Source: Euglena gracilis (taxonomy: Eukaryota). Taken from it: a DNA stretch of 64,000 nt. Location: positions 45,859,847 through 45,923,846 of the forward strand of contig CP154954.1 of assembly GCA_039621445.1 (NCBI GenBank). The letters are read 5' to 3'. Positions 23,701 to 34,800 of this stretch are shown here, piece by piece. The position numbers and the translations under genes are program-made. Position 1 is the stretch's first letter. Each line of letters opens with the position of its first letter. The notes beneath the pieces were generated by a model. It made no database searches. It was not told the DNA's origin and saw only the letters and a list, made by a program, of their open reading frames with translations.

Positions 23701-25336
23701 GCACGGTGTGCATCGGCATCCTGTACTGTGTTAAGATAAAATAGGGGATGGACCTGCACATCCAGTTATGGTATCGATATATCCCGCATAATTTTTGGAT
23801 GTCAGTCAGGAGCTCCGAAAGCCAGAAAAAAACAGGCAAAAGTTTGGGTTATTTTGGCTAAACTCTCTGAGAGCCAGGCGGTCCATAAGGGATGGACCAC
23901 CCCTTAAATAACCTGGGAATTGAACAGGGTCAAAAATTAAAAGGTCGAGAAACACATTTTTTGACGTTTGGGTTGATGGGCGATGGTACAAAGATGCCAA
24001 AAATCACCCCCCCCCTGAAATCGTCCCGTTTTTGCCAGAATATTGCCATTTTTGGATCGTTTTTCCAGTGGATTTTCATTAAATGTGCTGGGACAGGAAA
24101 TTTTTTTTATTAAGGACTGCCCTGCTGAGAGCTTTGAAAGGTTTCAGGTGGAGGTTGTGACTCATTGAGGGGAAAGTCTATGCTACAACCCGTCAGTCAC
24201 TGAAGGGTGCGCATACAGATTCAGTGGCAAGCACACCTCGAAGGCTGTGGAGCCGAGAGTACACTCTGCCTGTTTTTCATTTGTTGCCCACATGAGTGCC
24301 GGGCCGCGGTGCCATGGAGAACATCCGACAAACATTCCGGCTGGCTTTCCTCCTTGCCATCTCTCGGTCCCGGACGGTGAGTTCCCGGGTCCATCTGCAG
24401 CTGACACCTCAGGCCACACCCCTGCCTGAATGTCCCCGTGAGGCTTTTTGACCCGCCCAGGTTGGGGTCAGGCTGTATTTTAGTCGGGTGCCGACTCCTG
24501 GAACACCCATTCGGTTACTCGGAGTAAGGCCCAATTTGGTCCATTTTTACATGGTAACCTGGGCTGACCTGGTAAATGTCCCCCGGAATGGTCGAATGCA
24601 CCCATCTAAATGTGCTCATTTCTTGCAACCAACATTCCCGCTGCATGTTTTTCTTACCATTAAATCACGACAATCATGAAACCAACGGGTCACCTGACTT
24701 TGGAGGCCTCCTGGAACACCCATTCGGTTACTCAGAGTAAGGCCCATTTTGGTCCATTTTTACATGGTAACCTGGGGGGGGGGGTGCCTGCCTGGGCAGG
24801 TACTCCAAGGCACTCCCGATCCGACCCCCACCCGGGGGGGGGGGGTAGGGCACATGGCCAAAAGTGCCCCAGCACAGACCCCGGCGCCGAAGGCGCCGGG
24901 GATCCAAAAATGGATATCCGACCCCCCAGTGGGGGGTTAGTGCCTGGCAAGTTTTGTCCGGGAATTTCCCTGCATCCTTCATTTGTCACGGATCGGGCTA
25001 AGATTTTCTCCCCGAAGGACTGATGTTTTGGGTTACAAGGCTGCTCAGTCACCATTGAAACTGGGCTGCAATGGCACGTGAATTTTCATTTAATGCCATC
25101 GACAGTGCGTCCCTCCCCCCTCTCTCTCATTCGTTGATGGCCGGCGGCGGCGGTCAACCCCAAGGGCCAACAGCGGTTGGCGACCACCACATCGGTGCGG
25201 GGGGGGGGGGGGCAATCCCAATACAGATCCCCACGGCGGCCGGGGGGTGGGTCCGGCCCCGCTGCTCGTGACGTACCCCCTGGGCCCCCTGGGCAGCCTT
25301 CAGTACTACGTCGCCGGCTCTGCCGGCCCGGAGTGA
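17735..25336 (+). CDS. PCNA: Divergent PCNA-family sliding clamp
   Basis: Exons 17735-17860 (MARAVFRCQLGDAMVLKRLIQAVREIVVEANFDCTANGLQVQ), 20124-20261 (AMDTTHTCLMVLDLQGGGFQRFECHAYLSLGLHIEHLRKLL), 20451-20519, 20694-20786 (LHLIDIDAEHMSLPEE, IDCL-like), 20961-~20994, ~21506-21552, 22497-~22523, ~22703-22790 (SGSVTL), possibly ~23310-23370, ~25048-25091 (VTIE..VNFH), 25146-~25199, ~25255-25336 (PLLVTYPLGPLGSLQYYVAG). Collinear with PCNA motifs QSMDSSH, DLDVEQLGIP and PLVVEY..MGHLKYYLAP. Confidence 0.88.
18083..18368. mobile_element. CAG...CTG MITE with perfect 8-bp TSD
   Basis: TIR CAGGGATTTTTTTTAAG / CTTAAAAAAACCCCTG; ACCCAGAG at 18075-18082 and 18369-18376. Confidence 0.9.
20262..20450 (+). 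other. Non-conventional (non GT-AG) intron in PCNA-like gene
   Basis: Y|R borders; +4..6 CTC pairs with -8..-6 GAG; stem CCTCGCCCCTCCC/GGGAGGGCGAGG; removal gives KLLEPITPGCSATL, the same length as PCNA KILKCAGNEDIITL. Confidence 0.8.
20520..20693 (+). other. Non-conventional intron that is itself a CAG...CTG MITE
   Basis: CGT|GGG-CAGGGGGTTATTATTTTTAAG...CTTAAAAAACACCCCCTG-GTGGT|GGG; in-frame join; flanks GCCGTGGG/GTGGTGGG (6/8). Confidence 0.85.
21707..22344. mobile_element. TIR element with internal tandem repeats of about 21-22 bp
   Basis: TAAACCCCCCATTTAAACTGACC / GGTCGGTTTAAATGGGGGGGGGTTTA; internal CACCCAAAATTAGGCATTTG-like array 21890-22190. Confidence 0.65.
24495..24776 (+). repeat. 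Direct duplication of about 68 bp
   Basis: CTCCTGGAACACCCATTCGGTTACTC..CATTTTTACATGGTAACCTGGG at ~24495-24563 and ~24708-24776. Confidence 0.85.
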
Positions 25337-26197
25337 TGCCGCGGCCCGAACCCCTCCCTTGTCCTGGCCCTGACGCTCTCCTGCAGTGCCCGAAGCACCC
25401 GCAGCCCAGGAAACATGGGGCAACTTACCTGCGGCTGATGACACCCGACACACATTGATGAAGGCAGCAAGGGTACGTTGTGTTTTCTGCCTCTTGGGGA
25501 AATCAGGCAGATTACCACATCATAATACAGTATCAATCTACATTTATAATTGAATTTATTGCACATATTACACCCACACAACAACCCCTCGAAGGAAAAA
25601 TTGGATGCGAAAAATAAGCACCACCATTCCCTGTTGAGCACTGCAAGAATGAAGCAAGGCTTCTGATGCATTTTTTTTTGGAAACAGGGGTGAGTTTCAT
25701 TGGGTTCACACTGACAGAAACAATGGTTCAGAAGCAAAATAAATAATGCAAGCAGCGGCCCACTTATTCCACGCCCACTGTGAAGAAGGGGGAGGGGGGA
25801 AAGCGGATTGCAACAAACATTGCAGGTTCAGAACAGTTAGGTTGCCCTTCATCGTGCCAAAGAATAACGGTGAAGAGCATGACAGGGTTGAAATTCACCT
25901 GCCCCCTCAAGGTTGGGTTTTGGGTTTTGGGTCCCCCCCAAAATTTTGTTTTTTTGGGTACTCCCCCAAAAACACCAAAAATTTGCATTTTTGGGACGCC
26001 CTCTTGGAAAAAATTAACCCCATAACCCCTGACCACCTAAAAAAGGCCGATTTTGGCCAAGAAAAGCCATTTTTTTCAAAATTTTCTGTGCCTGCAACGC
26101 AAAAAAGTATCTCTCACCCCCCTCTGGGCCCCCGGGGGGGGGTCCAGCCGGACCCACCCCAACCCCCCCCCGGGGGTGCAGCCTTAAATAATCCCTG

Positions 26198-26270
26198 GGG
26201 CTGCTGCCGGAATCGAACCACCGACCCCCCGTGTGCAAAGCAGGATTCCTGTCCAACACGTCTAAAAGGA
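26198..26270 (-). pseudogene. tRNA-derived (Ala-TGC-like) pseudogene/SINE head
   Basis: Reverse strand has B-box GGTTCGATTCC and TTGCA anticodon loop, but stems are degenerate. Confidence 0.4.
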
Positions 26271-26299
26271 TGGAAGCGCACCGGGGGGGGGGGGCAGTG

Positions 26300-26880
26300 C
26301 TTATACAAGGCCGGTGTTAATACTCCGGGGGGGGGATGGTACAAAAAAATTGTGGATTCTGATAAGGGGTGATCGTTGGAATCCAGACTATTATTTTCGG
26401 AGGAAAAATGATGCCCTCCAGAATTGTGGCCTCTGATTGGGGGGGGGGCAGGGGGGTGTGATCATTGTAAACCCTCCCCCCAAATAGTGCCCCCCCAAAT
26501 AATACCTCCCCCCCTCGGGGTCTGACTTCGGCCGCTGAAATAATACCCCCCCCCCCCGGTTTCGGGCCGAAGGCCCGGATTTTTGACCTGAAAATGTAGG
26601 TAAAAATCACAATCTCTGACAACTAAGTACAAAAAAAAATCGATTTTTCTGGATCATCTGGCCTCCAAAAAAAATGCTAAATTTCATGGGAAAGTACAAA
26701 AAATGACCCCAAAGGGGAGTTTTGGCGCTATTTTTGCTCCTACAGAACTTCGAAAAATTTCGAAAATTTTTGGGAAATAACACCCCCCCAAATAATACCC
26801 CCCCCCCAAATAATACCCCCCCTCCTCGGGCCGGGACTTCGGGCGAAAAATAATACCCTGGGGGTATTATTTGGGGGGGT
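26300..26880. mobile_element. AATAATACCCCCCC-repeat MITE family (related pieces ~13930-14290, ~36920-37150)
   Basis: Recurrent CCCCCAAATAATACCCCC / GGGGTATTATTTGGGG motifs in both orientations; 26580-26770 resembles 14020-14230 in reverse. Confidence 0.5.
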
Positions 26881-28833
26881 TTACATCTCTCGAACAGAAA
26901 ATTGCACTTTGGGGCATTTTGAAAGGCTTTGTTGCCCCAATTTCAGGATCCAAAATTGTATTAACTAAACTAACTGGGTGGGGGAAGGTCGGACCATTGA
27001 AGGAAAAAAAGCCAGAAAGCCTTTCAAGCAGGCGGGGAGTGTTCAGGACAACTCTGAGCGACAGCCCCTTTGTGACTTTGCGGATGTCGACCATTGTTTC
27101 CTGTGGTTTTCGCTCATCATCAATGGAGACCCAAGAATTTGATTTTTGGGTACCCCCCCAAAAATTTTGGGCCGATTTTGGGACCCCCCCCAAAAAATAC
27201 AAAAACAAAACCCAACCTTGGCCCCCTAAACATGCAAACTACATTCTTACAAATTCCATCCATTCACTCACTTGTGAACTCGTTCCGTATTATTAAATGA
27301 TAATCTCCCCTTTGATCATTTATAATTATTTTGACCCTTGCCCTTTCAGGTGGAGTTTGCCAAGTGTGTATCATTAGTGTCATCCGGCGTGGCTCAGCAT
27401 ATTTTGCCCAGTATCTCGCTCTTTTTTTTGCCTCCCGTCCCTGAAAATTTTGCCCACCTTAAGTAATATGATTTTCCACCCAGTCCCAAAACTCTCCTCC
27501 TCGGCATTTATTTTTCCCCACGAAATTTTGTTTGCCGATGTCTTTTCACTTTGTGAAATGTTCAAAGTTTTTTCGGGGTTGTGGCAGAAGGCGAAGGACT
27601 CATTCTCTTCCAGCGTTGTTCTGTTCCAGTTTTTTGGGGGGAAGGCTGGCAAAAAAATTGGCATTATGACATTATGACATTACGACATTATGGAGGATCA
27701 TTTCCTTGGGCAGTGTCAGAACATGGTGGTAGATACGTAACGGGGCAGGAAACTGCTAACCACAGTGGCTGCCAGGGGAATTTTGCTGTAACCCCCCCAA
27801 AAGCCCCCCCCCAAACATAAAGCCCCCCCCCCCCCAGGGGATTTGGTTTGCCGCCCAAATATGAAGCCCCCCCCCCCCCGAGGTGGAGCCAAACGATGGC
27901 GCCATTCAGGAAAAAAGTTGAAAATTTTTGGGTGGATTCAACTTTTTTTTTCACCACATATGCACCATTTTGGATAATATTTGCACATTTTTGGAAAAAT
28001 GGGAGGTGCACAATGAAAATTTGGCTAAAATTGGTATGAAGGTCACAGAGGCCATCAAAAAAGTTTGACCCCCCCCAAGTATAAAGCTCCCTGAGGGTCT
28101 TGAAATCCCGTCCAAATGTCAAGCCAGGCCAATAGTGGGGGGGGGGTTAGGTTTTGGGGAAGGTTGCGGTAAAAAGCGACTGCTAATTGCGTTATTCACA
28201 CTGTTGACACCCAGTCATTGGGATATTTCTCAAGGAGGGAGTCAAAGTATTGCGGAAGTAGGGGTTTTAGGTATGGTTGGAAAGTGCTTTCGCAGCGCAT
28301 TTGTGGCATACTGTCAGCACAGCTGGAGAAGAAAGATTGGTGAAACAAATGGAGCCATGGACATACAATCATTTTGACACTGACCGACACCCCCCCCCCC
28401 CCCGGGGGTGGGTGACTGGTTTTTAGAGTGACTGACTGGTTATTGACCCAGACCCCCTCCACTGCAGAGGGGGGGGGGGGCAAAAAAAACTCTAAAGTGA
28501 CCTTGCACCTAAGGCGCTGGTAAAAAGTTTGACTTTTTCCCCATTTCTAGTCAAATATCTCTTGGATTCCAGAGTGGCCGACCCCCCGGGGGGGGGGGGG
28601 TAGTGGCTGACTGGTTTTCTGAAAACAGTTAGTGACTGGATTTTGGAGGAGTGGAAGTGACCCCCCAGTGGGGTCAGTAAAAAAAACATCTGGCCATCAA
28701 TGTGTCAAAGGGAGACCTACCAACCGTTGCCAAAACAGTGTTGCTTGTCCATCACCAGCCCACTCTCTTCCACTCCCTGCACGTCCGTTGTGCGGTGGCG
28801 TGAGCGGGCGGTTGCCACTGGGGGAGCACGTCC

Positions 28834-31800
28834 ATGCCCTACACTCCCCACCTTAGACCCCATGTGGGCCCGGCCCAGAGCCCCGCCTCCCTCGGGCCTG
28901 CCCTGACCCCGGCGGATGGCCTACCCCCCGGCTGGCCGGCTGAACGGGCCGCTGTTCAGTGACAGCCAGCCCTTGCCCTGGCGAGCCTCGGCACTGAGGT
29001 AAAGAATTTCAAGGTTGGACTATTTTGCTTCAGTGCTTCAGGCAACCACACAACCACAGGATTCCATTCTGTTGGCCACCTTTTGAGTGCAAACATTGAA
29101 TTGAGACTTCCTTTCCAGTGAGACAAGAATGTACAAACATCTGACCACGCTGCCACAAAACAACTCTTTCCCCAGGACCCGGAGGAGATTGGGGGCTCCG
29201 TCCCCACCCACGGGCCGGTGGATGGGAGGTCACCGAACTTCGCCAAGTATACCATGTTAAGGAAATTGCCAAAATTTTCTGGACGGTAAAATGAAATGGC
29301 ATTATTCATGAGGTGAAACGTTACTTTTGCTTTGTGGAGGTGCCCGAGGTTTTTCAACTGCAACAAAAATTTTAGCCATTTAGCCATCTTTGCCGTTAGT
29401 CAGACGTCAGCTTTTTTGTGTTCCTTTGCACAATTGTTCAAAGAACAAGCCAACTATGTGTTAAGTGCAAGCGGCTACCTAAGGTTTTGTCTCTGCCCAC
29501 TCCCCCCCCCAGCAGCATTTTTCCAGCTGTGTTCGGCCATGTGAAGTTGGCTTAGGGAGCCGGGCGGGCCAGGTGTCCACCGTCCGCAAGGAGGCCCCGG
29601 CCGTCCACCGGGGATGGGCCCCGGGGGCCAGTGGACTGCTGGCCGAGGGCTGCGGCAGACCAGGACACCTCCCATCGCCGGCCCTCCAGCGCGGACTCCG
29701 TCGGTCTGTCCCCGGCCTGAGTGGCGGCAGCGGCAGACCCAGCTGGACTGCCGAACCATTTAGACTATTTGGAGGCTGGATCGACGCCCCAATCGACTAA
29801 TTTCATTCTTGTCCGATGCTGCAGTCGAGCCATGCCAACTTTGTGCAATCATGTCTGTGTCTCTTGTCTGACGATGAAAGGGACCATATGTAGCTAGGAA
29901 GTTACACAGGATGGTGGCCCTTGCGAACAGGATGGGCTCGTGAGCCCGTTTCCGGTGAATACCCATTCATAATACAACACAATTTCCAGTATTTTTTGAT
30001 ACTTTTGAGGACTTTGTGAAAATTTAGCTAAGAAAATCATTTTCTGAAGAATGATGTAGGTGCCTGGGTCAAGCTCAAGGAGGACACAAAATAACTGTAA
30101 TAGCCCGGAATGGCCAAATAATGCCGGTGCTTGGAGGAGAGTAATTATTACCTCTTGTCCATGTTTGTGACACGGGTGTTTTTCAGGTGTGCCAGCGACA
30201 CCTTTAAGCAGCGCCTGTCCCACTGGTCCGGGCCGGTTTGTTTCCACCCCCTTCCCTTCTGGCTTGCTGCCCGGAGGGCCTTCTGGAAGCGGCCTCCCCC
30301 AGCCCGGGATCGAGAAGCGGCTGGAGCAGGCGCGGGCCACGGTGGAGCGGGCGGAGCAGCGGGCGCTGGAGGCGATGATCGACCGGGATGCTGCCCTGAC
30401 GTCCCTCAAGGCCGGCCGCGCCAGCCGGTCCTTCTTCCAGGGCGAGGAGGTGTGTGCCTGGCAGTGCCAGGCCAGGCCGGAGGGGTGTTCGGGGTGCCAG
30501 CGCACGGTGTTTGGCACATCATCGACATTGTACAGAGTGTGCGTCTTTTATTTCCTGAATGCCTTCAGAAAATTCTTTTTTTTTCAAGCCCAAGACTTCC
30601 AAACCAGGCATTTTTAAGGAAAAACATTTTAAAGCATGTTATGGCGTTTTTTTCAAGGCTTTTTAAGGCATTTTTAGAGCTTTTTAAGGTGCCGTGGTTT
30701 AAGGGCTGTCCAGGCATCGAACCGATGTTTTTGATTTTGCACACGGTCCAAAATCAAAAAGTCAACAATAAACCTTCTTTTGTTTTGGATGGATAGACAA
30801 TGTTCCAGCGATGACAAAAATAAATTTTTACCCCCCCCCCGAGTTGGGCTGATTTTGCCGAGATTTTGTGGTTTCACTTTTGTTCAATGAGAGAAAATTT
30901 TGCTGGTCCATTTTTTTTGGCATTTTCAGGCATTTAAGGCATTTTGGCCCCAAATTTTGAGCATTTTAAGTTTAAAAAAATTTTTTTAGAACAGACACCA
31001 TAAAAATTGTATTGCCTGTTCCAAACCTGTATAGATGGCCCTCAAATGTTCATCTCATTGAAGTTGCGGGAGATGAGAAAACCAAGGTTGTCAACAGAGG
31101 GGATGCAATTTGCATAATTTATATTTTGTTCGGTATCCAGAATCTTCAAAGGTCGCGTTTTTTTGCATAATTTTGAAAGAATATGAGAAATTATTGTTTT
31201 GTGTTCGACCAGAATACCCAGACATCCTGAAGCTGCACATTCCACTTTTTGCACCTTCGTTTGTTGCATTTTTGCATCGCATATTTTGAGCAGGGGATAT
31301 GCACATTTTTTTGCGTTTTCGCACATAAATTTCAGTACACTTTTTTGTTTTTCTCATTGTTTGGGAACTTTTTTTTGTGATTTCCTCAGTTTTTGTGTTT
31401 TTTTGCCCATTTTTTTTGTGATTTCTTGCACTTTCTGAATTTTCCGAATTTTTGAAAATGACATTGTTCTGTGATTTATTTCGATGTTTCAGGGGTTTGC
31501 AGGTTGGTGGTGATGCAACTGTGGACATGAATGGGTTTGCACCTCGCAGCTTTCCCCGGAGTCGGAGCTGGAACGGCTCCGCACGGCGCTGCAACAAAAG
31601 ACCAGCCGCCTCGCTGAGGTCGAGGCCGCTCTGCGCCAGCTGGAAACGGAGCGCCGGGGTTGGCTGCAGAAGCGGGTGTGTCACCCCCCCCCCCCAAGTT
31701 GCTTGCTGGGCTCATCCTACGAACAAATGCAGGCATCCATCCCTTCATAAGCACATATACGGGCTCATACGCACATATGACGCACATATGCAGTGTGTAA

Positions 31801-34800
31801 AGAAATACAATATTTTTATACCAAAATTTCGAGATTCCGAAATAATTGGGAAGTATTATGAAAGTAATTTTGTTGGAATGATTTTTATGGATTTTGGTTG
31901 TTTGGGATGATTCGGCTGACGAAAGACGACTTTTAGCTTTTTTTTTATAACGTTTTCCCCAAAGGGATTTGTTTTTTGACAGACGATTAGACACAGAAAC
32001 ATATTGGCACATCATCACATATATTGCAAGGATTCCCACAAGTTCGTGCCACGAATAATCATGAATAATCACAAACCGGCACAAATTTGGTGATTTTCCA
32101 AAATCACGAATTTGCACGAATGACCACAAACAACCCTGAATAATGAGCGAGCTTTTCTCTCTTTTATAAATCTGTTCCTCTGAATGTCCATCCATTTGAT
32201 CGTCTGTCCCGGATCAATTTCCCTTAAAGGAAAACAAACATGGACAAGAGGTGATAATTACTCTCCTCCAAGCACCGGCATTATTGGCCATTCCGGGCTA
32301 TTTTTGTATCAGCTTTGAATTACAGTTATCTTGTGTCCTCCTTGAGCTTGACCGAGGCACCTACATCATCCTTCAGAAAATGATTTTCTTAGCTAAATTT
32401 TCACAAAGTCCTCAAAAATATCAAAAAATACTGGAAAATTGTGTTGTATTGCGAATGGGTATTGTTGTTTTGTGCAGGAAATAGGAAAACCCAGGCGCTT
32501 TTTAGGTAGCGCAAATAATCACAAATCAGAATTAAGGGCCGCCAGCACGAATTTGTGGGAATCCCTGTACATTGTTCTTTTCCAATACCAGGGCAGTTTT
32601 GGCTCGAATTGCAAAGCCGGAAGCCCCCCCCCCCCCGGGCCGGCAGGACCAGTTGGAGAAGGCCCTGGAGGAGCACCGCCAGGCCCAGCAGGGGACCGTC
32701 TCCGTGGCGGAGTTCCAGGCGATGCAGCCCGGGCCGCCCCCTCCCACCTCCCCCCCCCCCCCGGGTGGGTCCCGCTGGCGACGCAGGGGGGGGGGAGGCC
32801 CGTTGCCGGCTCAGCTGTCACAGGCCTGGGGCGAGAGGGACCTGGCCCGGGCCGGGTCCCCATCGGCCCTTTGGCGAGAGTTACACTCTTTCAAGGACGG
32901 ATCTTGCCCTTTTTTTGCGTCCCTGGAGTTTCAATCCGTTTCTTTCAGTCAGTCTACAGGAGATATTTGAGAAGAAAGGGGTTGGTGACCTCAACAAAGA
33001 AGAACAAGAACTGAACTGAAGAAAGAGCCGTGAGAGTGTTTCTCTTTCTTGCCCATGGGTGGCCCAGCGTTAGCTGCCTTGGAAACGGAGACAGCAGCCC
33101 GCCATACTCTTCAGGCAGAATACGTGTGTCCTCTCAATCTGTGTCTCTGTGTGCTTTGACAATCCCACACATTACAGCAAGACGTGAAAGAAAATGTATA
33201 GAAACAGCACCAAAGGGTGTTTGTCGGTGGAGGTAGTGTGATGTCTTAAAAATATCAGTGCATATGTTTCGGTTTCTGTGCAACAGCACCTCTCGCGGGA
33301 ATGATTCCAGTGATTTCAGGGCACCGCATCATTTCATTGTCGCCATCGTCATCGCCGTTGGCATTTTGCACAATGTTTCCCATGTTTTGTTCACTCACGG
33401 AGCGTTGATGCACTCCTCCTCCCAGGACTTGTCGCATGGGAGGGTGTGGGGCTTCAACGGGTGCAGTTTGCTTGGCCTCCCAATGCCGGCCGTCCCAGGC
33501 GGCCCTGCAGCACGCTTTGGAGGAGCTGCAGCGAGGGGCTCAGCGGCCGGGGCAGTCGGTGGAGACGGCGGAGATTAAAGTGATCCCTCCCCCGGAGCAG
33601 GTGCTTTAACCCCCCCCCAATATTGTGCACCATGATAATTGCGAAAACCAGTACGTGTGCACCTGGAGGGCCTGGAACATCCTCCCTGGAAAGTTTTACA
33701 CCCAAAAAATTATAGCCATGAACACAATCCATCTTTTTTTTGGCGGCCAAGTTCAACAGTACCTCCCCTTCCCTTTGTCCAAGACACACCGTGTCGTTGA
33801 CACCCCCCCCCATGTCAACGGCACTTTTCCAGAACACTAACTGACGTCATTCAATTGCAACCAAAAATTGCATGATAATTGTGGTTTCTCCAATTTCAAT
33901 TTTTTCAAAGAAAAGTGACACCAATTTGAAACAGTCTTTGATGATCAAATGAACTGCAGGCCACCTATGCCAGATGTGTTTGTCAAAAGTTTCGCCACTG
34001 GTGGCGTGTTTTTTTGCCAAATTGTTTTATTTGGCCACCGTAAGTTCATGATATAAATTGCTATGTTTTCGTCAATTTTTTGGTCCTGCAATGTATTAGT
34101 CAACTGAAATGGTATCTGAATCTGAAAAATTGTGAACCTTTTCACCCATCTTCATTATTCCCAATCCTCTTTAATTGTGATTTCAAGCAAACACATGAAG
34201 TTTTCTTGATCCGTTTGCTTGAAATCACAATTAAAGAGGATTGGGAATAGTGAAGAGTAGGTGAAAGGGATGTGGTTCGCAATTTTGTGTTGCTGTCCTG
34301 ATAATTGCACACACCTGTCCCCGTTTTGATGTGTCGTTTAACCCCCGGGGGAAGGTATGCTGACAAAGGGGCCTGAAATTTTGTTTCTAGAAAGTGCAGA
34401 CCTCTCTGTATGGAACACGTGTGTGTTTTCTTTTATGTGCAAAGTACATAAATTTGTACTTTGGTAAATAAATAAATAATAATAATAATAATATATAAAT
34501 TTGTATTTAAAGTACATATATATGTGTGTGTGTGTGGCGAGTGTTAAGGTTAGTACCCCCGGGGGGGTTCTAAACTTGACATCAGGTTGGGCAGGGGTTA
34601 GGGTTGAGGATAGGGTTAGGGTTAGGGTTAGGGTTAGGGTTAGGGTTAGGGTTAGGGTTAGGGTAACCCTTGCCCAACCTGGTGTCAAGTTTAGTACCCC
34701 CCCGGGGGTACTAAATTTAACACTTGCCATATATAAAAATGTGTGTATACATACACGTTTTTATGGAAATGTGTATGCATGTATGGATGTGGATATGTAT

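Noticed and set aside
34598-34664. (TTAGGG)n as a chromosome end or misassembly point
   Set aside because: Short, enclosed by inverted arms, and the gene continues collinearly on both sides.
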